NCBI GenBank assembly: GCA_037442185.1
Contig: JBBIQU010000006.1
Location: forward strand, 1 to 50,543
Direction of reading: 5' to 3'
Source: Chthonomonadales bacterium
GTDB taxonomy: Bacteria; Armatimonadota; Chthonomonadetes; Chthonomonadales; CAJBBX01
DNA: 50,543 nucleotides
This document shows positions 35,793 through 43,618 of this stretch, one piece after another (the stretch's first letter is position 1; each line of letters opens with the position of its first letter). The translations under genes and the position numbers were made by a program. Under the pieces are notes generated by a model. It made no database searches, was not told the DNA's origin, and saw only the letters and a program-made list of their open reading frames with translations.

Positions 35793-36700
35793 TGGTCGCG
35801 TTCGACGACGTAGCCTGCGAGGTCGCGGAGGGGTTCCGCGCGGCTGTCGAGGCCGCCTAGAGCCTGAACGGCCCTTTCCGAGGCTTCGGCAGCGCGCCGC
35901 CGACTCTCCGGGATGCCAAATAGACGCGGGTAGGTGGCCTTGTGTTGCCGTTCATCGCTGCCGACGGGTTTGCCGATCCGCTTCTCGTCGCCGACCACGT
36001 CGAGTATGTCATCGGCAATCTGAAAGGCCAAGCCGACGTGCCGCCCATACTCCCTGAGCCGATCAACGGTTGGCGCATCGCCGCCCACGAGGACCGCCCC
36101 CACAACGCATGATGCCTCGATGAGCGCGCCGGTCTTGTGTGAGTGGATGTACCGTAGCGCTTCCGGAGTCACGTCTTGCCCCTCGGCTTCCATGTCGGCA
36201 ACCTGACCGCCAACCATGCCCCAGGTGCCTGAAGCGCGTGAGACGAGCCTCATGGCTTCGACAACCCTTGCCGCCGCACTGCCTCCGGACCCATCCTGGT
36301 CAGCCAGCAACGTTGCGTTCGACGCAATGAGTTCGAAAGCGAAGGCGAGCAGCGCATCGCCCGCAAGCAGCGCGTTGGCCTCTCCAAAGACGATGTGGCT
36401 TGTGGGACGCCCACGGCGCGTGTCGTCGTCATCCATGCACGGCAAGTCATCATGGATCAATGAGAACGCGTGGATGCACTCCATGGCACAGGCTGTCGGC
36501 AAGACCGAGTTCGGATCTCCAGAGGCTGCCTCCGCCGAAGCGAGCACCAGGATCGGGCGCAGCCGCTTTCCCGGCGCGAGGACGGAGTAGCGCATGGCTT
36601 CATGAAGGCGTCCCGGAGGCTCTTCTGCCTTGGGCAGGTAACGATCGAGGGCGGCTTCAACAAGCTCGCGCCTGGCGCGCATGAACTCGGCAAGGTGCAT
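35789..36700 (-). CDS. polyprenyl diphosphate synthase (FPP/GGPP synthase type, chain length not determinable)
   Basis: First Asp-rich motif LIHDDLPCMDDDDTRRG and second Asp-rich motif FQIADDILD. Confidence 0.92.
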   Translation of the reverse strand: MHLAEFMRARRELVEAALDRYLPKAEEPPGRLHEAMRYSVLAPGKRLRPILVLASAEAASGDPNSVLPTACAMECIHAFSLIHDDLPCMDDDDTRRGRPTSHIVFGEANALLAGDALLAFAFELIASNATLLADQDGSGGSAAARVVEAMRLVSRASGTWGMVGGQVADMEAEGQDVTPEALRYIHSHKTGALIEASCVVGAVLVGGDAPTVDRLREYGRHVGLAFQIADDILDVVGDEKRIGKPVGSDERQHKATYPRLFGIPESRRRAAEASERAVQALGGLDSRAEPLRDLAGYVVERDQ

Positions 36701-36876
36701 TGGTGCTCCATCAGGAGGCGATGATCAGGGACTATTATAGTGGCAACTTGGCGCAGGCGTCTACGGATGAGGCTCCAGGGGTTCGGCAGGCTCCTACCGG
36801 CCCGACCTGGTGCGGCAGTCCCTTCGCCGTGTATATGCGCGTCACACCTGCTCCGAACGGGTAGACTCTTGCCGCC

Positions 36877-37233
36877 ATGAGCGAACCCATCGCCAAAATC
36901 GAGGTGTTTCCAAACCCCAAGCCTGATCGCGACTACCGCATCCGGCACGTATGCCGTGAGTTCACTTCGGTGTGTCCGATCACGAGCCTGCCGGACTTCG
37001 GCACCATCATCATTGACTACGTCCCGGACGCCTCTTGCATCGAGCTCAAGTCGCTCAAGTACTACCTCTTCGCATTCCGTCAGCAGGGGATCTTCTACGA
37101 GAGCGTGGTCAATCGGATACTGGATGACTTGGTCGCAGTGTGTAAGCCGAGGCGAATGACCGTGGTCGGCAAGTTCAGCGTGCGCGGAGGCATTCGGTCG
37201 CGCGTCACGGCAGAATACAGGCGGCAGGACTAG
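36877..37233 (+). CDS. queF: NADPH-dependent 7-cyano-7-deazaguanine (preQ0) reductase, unimodular type
   Basis: Catalytic Cys in [15 protein letters not shown] and the QueF motif [13 protein letters not shown]. Confidence 0.93.
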   Translation: MSEPIAKIEVFPNPKPDRDYRIRHVCREFTSVCPITSLPDFGTIIIDYVPDASCIELKSLKYYLFAFRQQGIFYESVVNRILDDLVAVCKPRRMTVVGKFSVRGGIRSRVTAEYRRQD

Positions 37234-37240
37234 CGCGAGC

Positions 37241-37615
37241 TTGATGTACACGCTGATCGTGCGAACCGCCTTCGAGGCTTCCCACGTAATCCCGGGTCAC
37301 GCCGGTAAGTGCGCCCGAATGCATGGCCACACGTACCGTGTCGAAGCGGAGTTCGTCGGCGAGGAGCTCGATGAGGTCGGCATGCTCGTAGACTTCGCGT
37401 CGTTGCGCAAGTCACTAGAGGATCTGCTTCCCGACCATTGCCACCTGAACGACGTACTCGATGTTACGCCGACGGCCGAGAACATCGCCCGCTGGATATA
37501 CGAGGGGCTCGCATCCAGGGGTCTGCCGATTGCCGCCGTCACGCTATGGGAGACCGACCGATACGGTTGTCGGTACACCGCGCCGGAAACCCACAGGCAA
37601 CAAGGAGGTCGCTAG
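37241..37615 (+). CDS. queD: 6-carboxy-5,6,7,8-tetrahydropterin synthase
   Basis: FEASHVIPGHAGKCARMHGHTYRVE (Zn-binding His residues) and ~120-aa PTPS-fold size. Confidence 0.93.
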   Translation: MMYTLIVRTAFEASHVIPGHAGKCARMHGHTYRVEAEFVGEELDEVGMLVDFASLRKSLEDLLPDHCHLNDVLDVTPTAENIARWIYEGLASRGLPIAAVTLWETDRYGCRYTAPETHRQQGGR

Positions 37616-37616
37616 A

Positions 37617-38798
37617 GTGATCGTTGGCGTGCTTCGGGAGACGTGCCCGGCTGAGCGGCGCGTCGCCCTCGTTCCTGCGTCCGTTGGCCCTCTGATCAAA
37701 GCGAAGATGGAGGTGCTGATCGAGTCCGGCGCAGGCATTGCTGCCGGCTACACCGATGCCGCGTACATCGGCGCCGGATGCAAGGTTGCCGGAACGCGCG
37801 CGGAGGTTCTCTCGCAGTCCGACATCCTCGTTCAGGTTCGCGCACTCGGCGCCAACCCCGATCAGTGGCGCAACGACGCACCGTCCATGAAGCCGAACGC
37901 CGTCATCGTGGGCCTGATGGACCCGCTGGGCTCTGCGTCTGCGCTCTCCGATGCCGCGGGCAATGGATGGACGTCATTCGCGCTGGAAATGCTGCCCAGG
38001 ATTACACGCGCGCAGTCCATGGACGTCCTTTCATCACAGGCGAACCTCGCAGGCTACAAGGCCGCACTGCTAGCCGCCAACGCTTCCCCGAAGCTGTTTC
38101 CGATGATGATGACTGCTGCAGGCACCATCACGCCTTCGAGAGTTTTCGTGCTAGGAGCCGGTGTGGCCGGCCTGCAAGCCATTGCTACGGCGAGACGCTT
38201 GGGAGCGGTCGTCACAGCCTACGATGTTCGTCCGGCGGTGAAGGAGCAGGTAGAGAGCCTCGGAGCGCGCTTTGCCGAACTGGACCTCGATGCGTCCGAT
38301 GCGCAGGACGCGGGCGGCTACGCGAAGGCTCTCGGACCGGAGTTCTACGCCAAGCAGGCGGAGATGATGAGCGGCATCCTGGCCGAGACTGACGCAGCGA
38401 TCGCCACCGCCGCCGTCCCGGGACAGAAAGCTCCGATCCTGATCACCAAAGCGATGGTTGAACAGATGCGCCCGGGCGCCGTGATCGTGGACCTGGCCGC
38501 CGAAAGGGGCGGAAACTGCGAACTGACCGAACCGGGGAGGACGGTTGAGCATCATGGCGTGCTTATCATGGGGCCGCTGAATGTACCGTCGGAGCTGCCG
38601 TTCCACGCAAGCCAGCTTTACGGCCGCAACGTGGCGACATTCCTCGGGCATATCGTGCGCGATGGAGCTGTCTTGACGGACAGGGCCGACGAGATCATCT
38701 CCGGTACGTTGGTCACGCATGACGGCGCTGTCGTGCATCCCCGCGTGCGTGAGATCCTCGGGCTCGAACCGCTTCAGAATGGATCATCGGAGGGGTAA
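37617..38798 (+). CDS. pntAA: NAD(P) transhydrogenase subunit alpha, part 1 (dI)
   Basis: VIVGVLRETCPAERRVALVP and the Rossmann motif VFVLGAGVAGLQAIATARRLGA. The GTG at 37617 is preceded by AAGGAGG and lies 1 nt after the queD stop. The ORF-track extension to 37461 overlaps queD. Confidence 0.93.
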   Translation: MIVGVLRETCPAERRVALVPASVGPLIKAKMEVLIESGAGIAAGYTDAAYIGAGCKVAGTRAEVLSQSDILVQVRALGANPDQWRNDAPSMKPNAVIVGLMDPLGSASALSDAAGNGWTSFALEMLPRITRAQSMDVLSSQANLAGYKAALLAANASPKLFPMMMTAAGTITPSRVFVLGAGVAGLQAIATARRLGAVVTAYDVRPAVKEQVESLGARFAELDLDASDAQDAGGYAKALGPEFYAKQAEMMSGILAETDAAIATAAVPGQKAPILITKAMVEQMRPGAVIVDLAAERGGNCELTEPGRTVEHHGVLIMGPLNVPSELPFHASQLYGRNVATFLGHIVRDGAVLTDRADEIISGTLVTHDGAVVHPRVREILGLEPLQNGSSEG

Positions 38799-38803
38799 CG
38801 GTC

Positions 38804-39109
38804 TTGGACAACCTTGTGGCAGGTTTCTACGTGTTCATCCTCGCGACGTTCCTCGGCTTCGAGGTCATTCGTCGCGTTTCGCCTCTGCTCCACACGCCGC
38901 TCATGTCGCTCACAAACGCAATCTCGGCCATCAGTCTTGTCGGGTCCATCGTACTGCTGGGAGAGCAGCGCACCACATTGACAACGGTACTCGGGGCGAT
39001 TGCGGTCACTGCTTCGATGATCAACGTCGTTAGCGGGTTCCTCATCACAGACCGCATGCTCAAGATGTTCAAGCAGCGTCCGTCGGCCAAGAAAGGCAAG
39101 GACGCCTGA
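38804..39109 (+). CDS. pntAB: NAD(P) transhydrogenase subunit alpha, part 2 (membrane dII fragment)
   Basis: A ~100-aa hydrophobic protein (FYVFILATFLGFEVI...LHTPLMSLTNAISAISLVG) between pntAA and pntB. Confidence 0.9.
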   Translation: MDNLVAGFYVFILATFLGFEVIRRVSPLLHTPLMSLTNAISAISLVGSIVLLGEQRTTLTTVLGAIAVTASMINVVSGFLITDRMLKMFKQRPSAKKGKDA

Positions 39110-40539
39110 TGCCGGAAGCGCATGCGGCGACGACCGCCATATCCCTGCAGTCGGTTCTGACCCAGATCAGCTATCTGACGGCAGCAGCGCTGTTCGTCTT
39201 CTCGCTGAAATGGCTCAGCTCCCCCCCAACTGCCCGCCGAGGCGTGATTGCGGGCGAGATCGGCATGCTCCTCGCGGTCGGCGGAACACTCCTGCTCCCC
39301 GAGATCGAGGCCTTCCATTGGATCCTGCTAACGTTCTTCATCGGCGCCGCCATCGGCATACCCATCGCGGTGCTGATGCCGATGACCGCTGTTCCTCAAC
39401 GGACGGCCCTCTCGCATTCGTTCGGCGGCCTTGCCGTTGGATTGGTCGGTACGGCGAAGTACTATCTGTGGATACAGCACGAACCCGAGCGCCTCACGCA
39501 CTTTGTGATGGGGGTGCTGGCGTTCGAGACCATCCTGGGCTACCTGACGTTCACCGGGAGCTTGATGGCTTTCGGCAAGCTTCAGGGGATTCTGCCGTCG
39601 CGCCCGATCGTCTACAAGGGTCAGAACTTCGTCAACATCGGCCTGCTGGCCATTGCCGTCGTGGCGGGCGTCTATCTCAACTTCCACCCGCTGGAAGCGC
39701 GGCTGTTTCCGGTCCTGATCGCGTTGTCGCTGGCGTTCGGCACTCTGCTGATCATCCCCATCGGCGGATCAGACATGCCCACCGTGATCTCGCTGCTGAA
39801 CTCGTATGCCGGGCTTTCGGCTTCCGCAATGGGTTTCGTTCTCGACAACAAGCTCCTGATCATCGCCGGCGCGCTCGACGGATCGTCGGGCTTCATCCTC
39901 TCAGTGATCATGTGTCGGGCCATGAACCGGTCATTCACCAACGTACTGTTCGGCGCCTTCGGGGCGGTCCAGACACGTGCCATTGGGGCACAGGAAGAGC
40001 GCACGGTTCGATCGGCCCAACCCGACGAGGCGGCTTCCATTTTGGCGGCAGCGCAATCGGTCGTCATCGTGCCGGGCTACGGGATGGCCGTCGCACAAGC
40101 TCAGCACAAGGTGCGTGAGCTGTACGATCAGTTGACCAGGCGGGGCGTCGAAGTGACGTTCGGCATCCACCCTGTTGCCGGTCGAATGCCCGGGCACATG
40201 AACGTGCTGCTGGCCGAAGCGGATATCCCCTACGATCGCCTCAAGGAGATGGACGACGTCAATCCTGAGCTGCCCCACACCGACGTCGCACTCGTGATCG
40301 GCGCCAACGACGTGACGAACCCTGCTGCGAGGACGGATCGGTCAAGCCCAATCTACGGCATGCCGATCATAGACGTTGATCGCGCGCGAACGGTCATGGT
40401 GATCAAGCGAAGCATGAGCGCCGGATTTGCCGGCATTGACAATGAGCTCTACTACATGGACCGCACGCTCATGCTTTTCGGTGACGCCAAGGCATTCGTT
40501 GGCGACATGGTGAAGGCCCTCTCGTCGGAGGGACATTGA
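39109..40539 (+). CDS. pntB: NAD(P) transhydrogenase subunit beta
   Basis: Multi-TM N-terminal half and a dIII NADP(H)-binding C-terminal half (VVIVPGYGMAVAQAQH, HPVAGRMPGHMNVLLAEA, GANDVTNPAA). Confidence 0.95.
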   Translation: MPEAHAATTAISLQSVLTQISYLTAAALFVFSLKWLSSPPTARRGVIAGEIGMLLAVGGTLLLPEIEAFHWILLTFFIGAAIGIPIAVLMPMTAVPQRTALSHSFGGLAVGLVGTAKYYLWIQHEPERLTHFVMGVLAFETILGYLTFTGSLMAFGKLQGILPSRPIVYKGQNFVNIGLLAIAVVAGVYLNFHPLEARLFPVLIALSLAFGTLLIIPIGGSDMPTVISLLNSYAGLSASAMGFVLDNKLLIIAGALDGSSGFILSVIMCRAMNRSFTNVLFGAFGAVQTRAIGAQEERTVRSAQPDEAASILAAAQSVVIVPGYGMAVAQAQHKVRELYDQLTRRGVEVTFGIHPVAGRMPGHMNVLLAEADIPYDRLKEMDDVNPELPHTDVALVIGANDVTNPAARTDRSSPIYGMPIIDVDRARTVMVIKRSMSAGFAGIDNELYYMDRTLMLFGDAKAFVGDMVKALSSEGH

Positions 40540-40549
40540 CCACGCGGCG

Positions 40550-40586
40550 CTGAAGCCGCTCTGCGCGATCGGCAGAGCGGCTTCAG
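40550..40586. terminator. bidirectional stem-loop between convergent pntB and lon
   Basis: Perfect 15-bp inverted repeat CTGAAGCCGCTCTGC (40550-40564) / GCAGAGCGGCTTCAG (40572-40586) with a 7-nt loop. No clear U-tract. The right arm overlaps the lon stop codon. Confidence 0.5.
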
Positions 40587-43018
40587 GGCTTCTTCGTGTT
40601 CGCCGAGGTCGGACGAGGCGGCTCGAGCGCCAACTTCAGCACTTCGGAGACGTCCGACACGAACTCGATTCGAAGGTCGGCGCGGACATCCGCCGGAATG
40701 TCCTCGATCACATCCTTCTGATTGCGCCGTGGCAGGATCACCGTGTTCATGCCGGCGCGTCGAGCGGCGAGCACTTTCTCTTTGATGCCGCCGACGGGCA
40801 GGACTTTGCCGGTCAGAGTGATCTCTCCGGTCATGGCGATGCCCGGCTTCACCTTTCGGCCTGTGAAGAGGCTTGCCAGGGATGTGGCGATAGTCACTCC
40901 GGCCGACGGTCCGTCCTTCGGCGTCGCACCTGCAGGCACGTGGATGTGAATGTCATGCAGCGCGTAATAGTCGAGCGGGGCGTGCAACCGGCGCGAGTTC
41001 GACCTGACGTACGAAAGAGCGGCCTGCGCCGATTCCTGCATGACTGATCCGAGCTGGCCCGTGATGATAAGCTGCGATGGGCGGCCCTTTGGGGCAGGCA
41101 TGGCTGTGGCCTCGATGAAGACGATATCGCCCCCAACCGGGGTCCAGACAAGCCCGGTTGCGACGCCGGGCACTCGGATGCGTTCGTCAACCTCTTCGCG
41201 CTCAAACCGAGGCGCGCCAAGGAACTCCGTTACCTGCTTGGGCCCCACGGTAATCCTGCGCCGCTTGCCCTCGGCGAATGCGCGTGTGGCCTTGCGGCAA
41301 GCCGTGGCGATACAGCGTTCGAGGTTGCGCACGCCTGCCTCGCGCGTGTGCCCGCGTATCATGGCTGTGATGGCTTCGTCGGTGATCGCGAGCCGTCCCT
41401 CGATGCCGTGTTCAGCCAGCTGCTTGGGAAGAAGGTGCTGCCGTGCTATGAGCAGCTTCTCCTCTTCGGTGTAGCCGGCGATCTCGATGATCTCCATTCG
41501 GTCACGGAGAGGCGGCAGCACGGTATCGAGCATGTTGGCGGTCGTGATGAAGAGGACGCGGCTCAGGTCAAACGGAACCTCGAGATAATGATCCCGGAAC
41601 GAGGCGTTCTGCTCGGGGTCGAGGACCTCGAGGAGCGCCGACGACGGATCGCCTCGAAAGTCGGCCGTCACTTTGTCAATCTCGTCCAGCATGAATATGG
41701 GGTTGTTTGAGCCCGCTCGTCGCATGCCCTGAATGATCTGGCCCGGCAGCGCGCCGATGTAGGTTCTGCGATGCCCCCTGATCTCGGCTTCGTCGCGGAC
41801 GCCGCCCAGTGAGATGCGAACGAAGTTGCGCCCCAGCGCTCTCGCGATGGACCGTCCGAGCGACGTCTTACCCACGCCGGGGGGACCCGCAAAGCAAAGG
41901 ATCGGCTGACGCAGCGCGCCGTCGGTCTTGAAGCGCCTGACGGCAAGGAACTCGAGGATGCGCTCCTTGACTTTGTCAAGCCCGTGGTGATCCTCGTCAA
42001 GGATGACCTTCACTTCGTTGAGGTTCAGGTTGTCTTCGGTCGCATTCTTCCATGGAAGGGCGATGAGCCAGTCAATGTAGGTGCGCGCGACCGTGTACTC
42101 GGGGGCGGCAGTGGGCATTCGCTGAAGGCGTTCGAGCTCCCGGTTGGCCTCTTTCGACGCTTCCTCGGGCATGCCGGACGCCTCGATCTTTTCGCGGAGT
42201 TCGTCTATCTCGCGTGTGCGATCGTCTCCCTCTCCGAGCTCTTTCTGTATTGCCTTGAGCTGCTCGCGCAGGTAATACTCGCGTTGCGAACGCCCCAGCT
42301 CCGATGTGACGTCGGAATGGAGCTTGCTGCCCAGTTCGAGGACCTGTACTTCGCGTGCCAGCAGAGCCATGAGCGCCTGCATGCGCTCGCGAAGGGGCAG
42401 AGTCTCCAGTATCTGCTGCTTCTCCGCTGTTGAGAACCTGGGCAGGTGTGCCGTGACAAGGTCGGTCAGTATTCCCGGCGAATCAATGTTGTTCGCCAGA
42501 GCCTGCAGCTCATCGGGGAGGTCGGGCGACAGAGAGACGGCCTTCTGGAACAGGCTCACGATGCTGCGCCGAGCGGCCTCGATCTCTACGGTCTGATCGT
42601 CAGGCACAGGGGACTCGGGTATCGTCCGTATCTTGACTCGCACGTAGGGCTCAACCTGTTCGGCCTCAAGGATTTCAAACCGTGTGATGCCCTGCACGAT
42701 CAGCCGGATGCCGTCAGGGAGCTGCATCATCATGCGAATCGCAACGGCGACACCGATCCGATACACGTCATCGAGGGTCGGATTGTCTACTGACGGGTCC
42801 TTCATGGTCACGACGCCGATGACCCGGTTGCCACCGACAACGGATTCGTTGATCATGCGCACCGAGTTCTCGCGTCCTACGCCGAGCGGGGACACGAGAA
42901 CGGGAAACATGACATAGTCACGTAGCGGGAGGACGTTCAATACGTCGGGGACCGGAGTGCGCGTTACGTTGAGGCCGCCAAGTTCCTCATCAGCAGCGGT
43001 GATCTCGATATCGCTCAT
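40583..43018 (-). CDS. lon: ATP-dependent Lon protease (LonA)
   Basis: LON N-domain, Walker A GPPGVGKTS, Walker B IFMLDEIDK and the protease domain with PKDGPSAG (catalytic Ser). Confidence 0.97.
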   Translation of the reverse strand: MSDIEITAADEELGGLNVTRTPVPDVLNVLPLRDYVMFPVLVSPLGVGRENSVRMINESVVGGNRVIGVVTMKDPSVDNPTLDDVYRIGVAVAIRMMMQLPDGIRLIVQGITRFEILEAEQVEPYVRVKIRTIPESPVPDDQTVEIEAARRSIVSLFQKAVSLSPDLPDELQALANNIDSPGILTDLVTAHLPRFSTAEKQQILETLPLRERMQALMALLAREVQVLELGSKLHSDVTSELGRSQREYYLREQLKAIQKELGEGDDRTREIDELREKIEASGMPEEASKEANRELERLQRMPTAAPEYTVARTYIDWLIALPWKNATEDNLNLNEVKVILDEDHHGLDKVKERILEFLAVRRFKTDGALRQPILCFAGPPGVGKTSLGRSIARALGRNFVRISLGGVRDEAEIRGHRRTYIGALPGQIIQGMRRAGSNNPIFMLDEIDKVTADFRGDPSSALLEVLDPEQNASFRDHYLEVPFDLSRVLFITTANMLDTVLPPLRDRMEIIEIAGYTEEEKLLIARQHLLPKQLAEHGIEGRLAITDEAITAMIRGHTREAGVRNLERCIATACRKATRAFAEGKRRRITVGPKQVTEFLGAPRFEREEVDERIRVPGVATGLVWTPVGGDIVFIEATAMPAPKGRPSQLIITGQLGSVMQESAQAALSYVRSNSRRLHAPLDYYALHDIHIHVPAGATPKDGPSAGVTIATSLASLFTGRKVKPGIAMTGEITLTGKVLPVGGIKEKVLAARRAGMNTVILPRRNQKDVIEDIPADVRADLRIEFVSDVSEVLKLALEPPRPTSANTKKP

Positions 43019-43485
43019 GGTTCCTCGACAACAACGGTTCGAACCTGTTGGGAACGGAGCGACCGTTTGGGAAGCGTCACAACCAGAACGCCGTTCGTGT
43101 ATCGCGCGGTGATGCCGTCACGGTTGATGCGAATATCGGTCGGTAGGGGGATCTGACGTTCGAACGGGCCGAAGTAGATCTCCAGCTGATAGCACCGTAT
43201 TCGGCCTGACCGTTCATCCTCCGCTTCGTGTCGGTTCCCTGAGACTGTCAGGTACCGGTCGTCGCTCGACAGATGGACGCGCAGTGAGGTCCCGTCAACG
43301 CCCGCGAGTTCCACCTTTACGACAATGGCGTCTGTCGTTTCGTGCAGGTCAACGCGGGGTTGCCAGAATCTCTCCGGCGGCGGTACTCCGGTCAAAAACG
43401 CTCGCATCGCTTCGTCGGCCAAGCGCTGCATCTCACTCTCCATGCGCCTGACGAGGTCGGTGTCGGCGCTGGTCGAAAGCTCCAT
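43015..43485 (-). CDS. Hsp20/alpha-crystallin family small heat-shock protein
   Basis: Alpha-crystallin domain VDLHETTDAIVVKVELAGVD...FERQIPLPTDI...GITARYTNGVLVVTLPK. The stop overlaps the lon start (ATGA). Confidence 0.93.
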   Translation of the reverse strand: MELSTSADTDLVRRMESEMQRLADEAMRAFLTGVPPPERFWQPRVDLHETTDAIVVKVELAGVDGTSLRVHLSSDDRYLTVSGNRHEAEDERSGRIRCYQLEIYFGPFERQIPLPTDIRINRDGITARYTNGVLVVTLPKRSLRSQQVRTVVVEEP

Positions 43486-43522
43486 AGACAGACGCTCCGT
43501 GTGGGTTCCGTGTGCTTACGGT

Positions 43523-43552
43523 AGTATGACGCCGCGACCGAGCGAACGTCAA
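43523..43552 (-). promoter_or_regulatory. candidate promoter of hsp20-lon
   Basis: On the minus strand: TTGACG (43552-43547), 18-nt spacer, CATACT (43528-43523), about 40 nt upstream of the hsp20 ATG. Confidence 0.3.
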
Positions 43553-43558
43553 GCACGG

Positions 43559-43587
43559 TTTACATGCCGATGCCTGCACTCTATAAT
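43559..43587 (+). promoter_or_regulatory. near-consensus sigma70-type promoter of the GH38 gene cluster
   Basis: TTTACA (43559-43564), exactly 17-nt spacer, TATAAT (43582-43587), 31 nt upstream of the ATG at 43619. Confidence 0.5.
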
Positions 43588-43618
43588 GAGGGCACACTCC
43601 ACGCAAGGACCCGCGAAG

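Noticed and set aside
36701-36876. Possible preQ1 riboswitch or a 47-codon ORF (36721-36864, AGGAGG 2 nt upstream) ahead of queF
   Set aside because: There is no P1 hairpin followed by an A-rich tail as in preQ1-I, and I saw no other class pattern. The AGGAGG-ATG spacing (2 nt) is too short for initiation, the peptide has no features, and the AT-rich patch is better read as a minus-strand TATAAT (36739-36734) for the polyprenyl synthase operon. A covariance-model scan would still be worthwhile.
43575-43594. CIRCE (HrcA) element upstream of hsp20-lon
   Set aside because: The half-sites TGCACTC/GAGGGCA are separated by 6 nt rather than 9, and they lack the TTAGCACTC/GAGTGCTAA flanks. They sit on the GH38 promoter rather than in the hsp20 leader.
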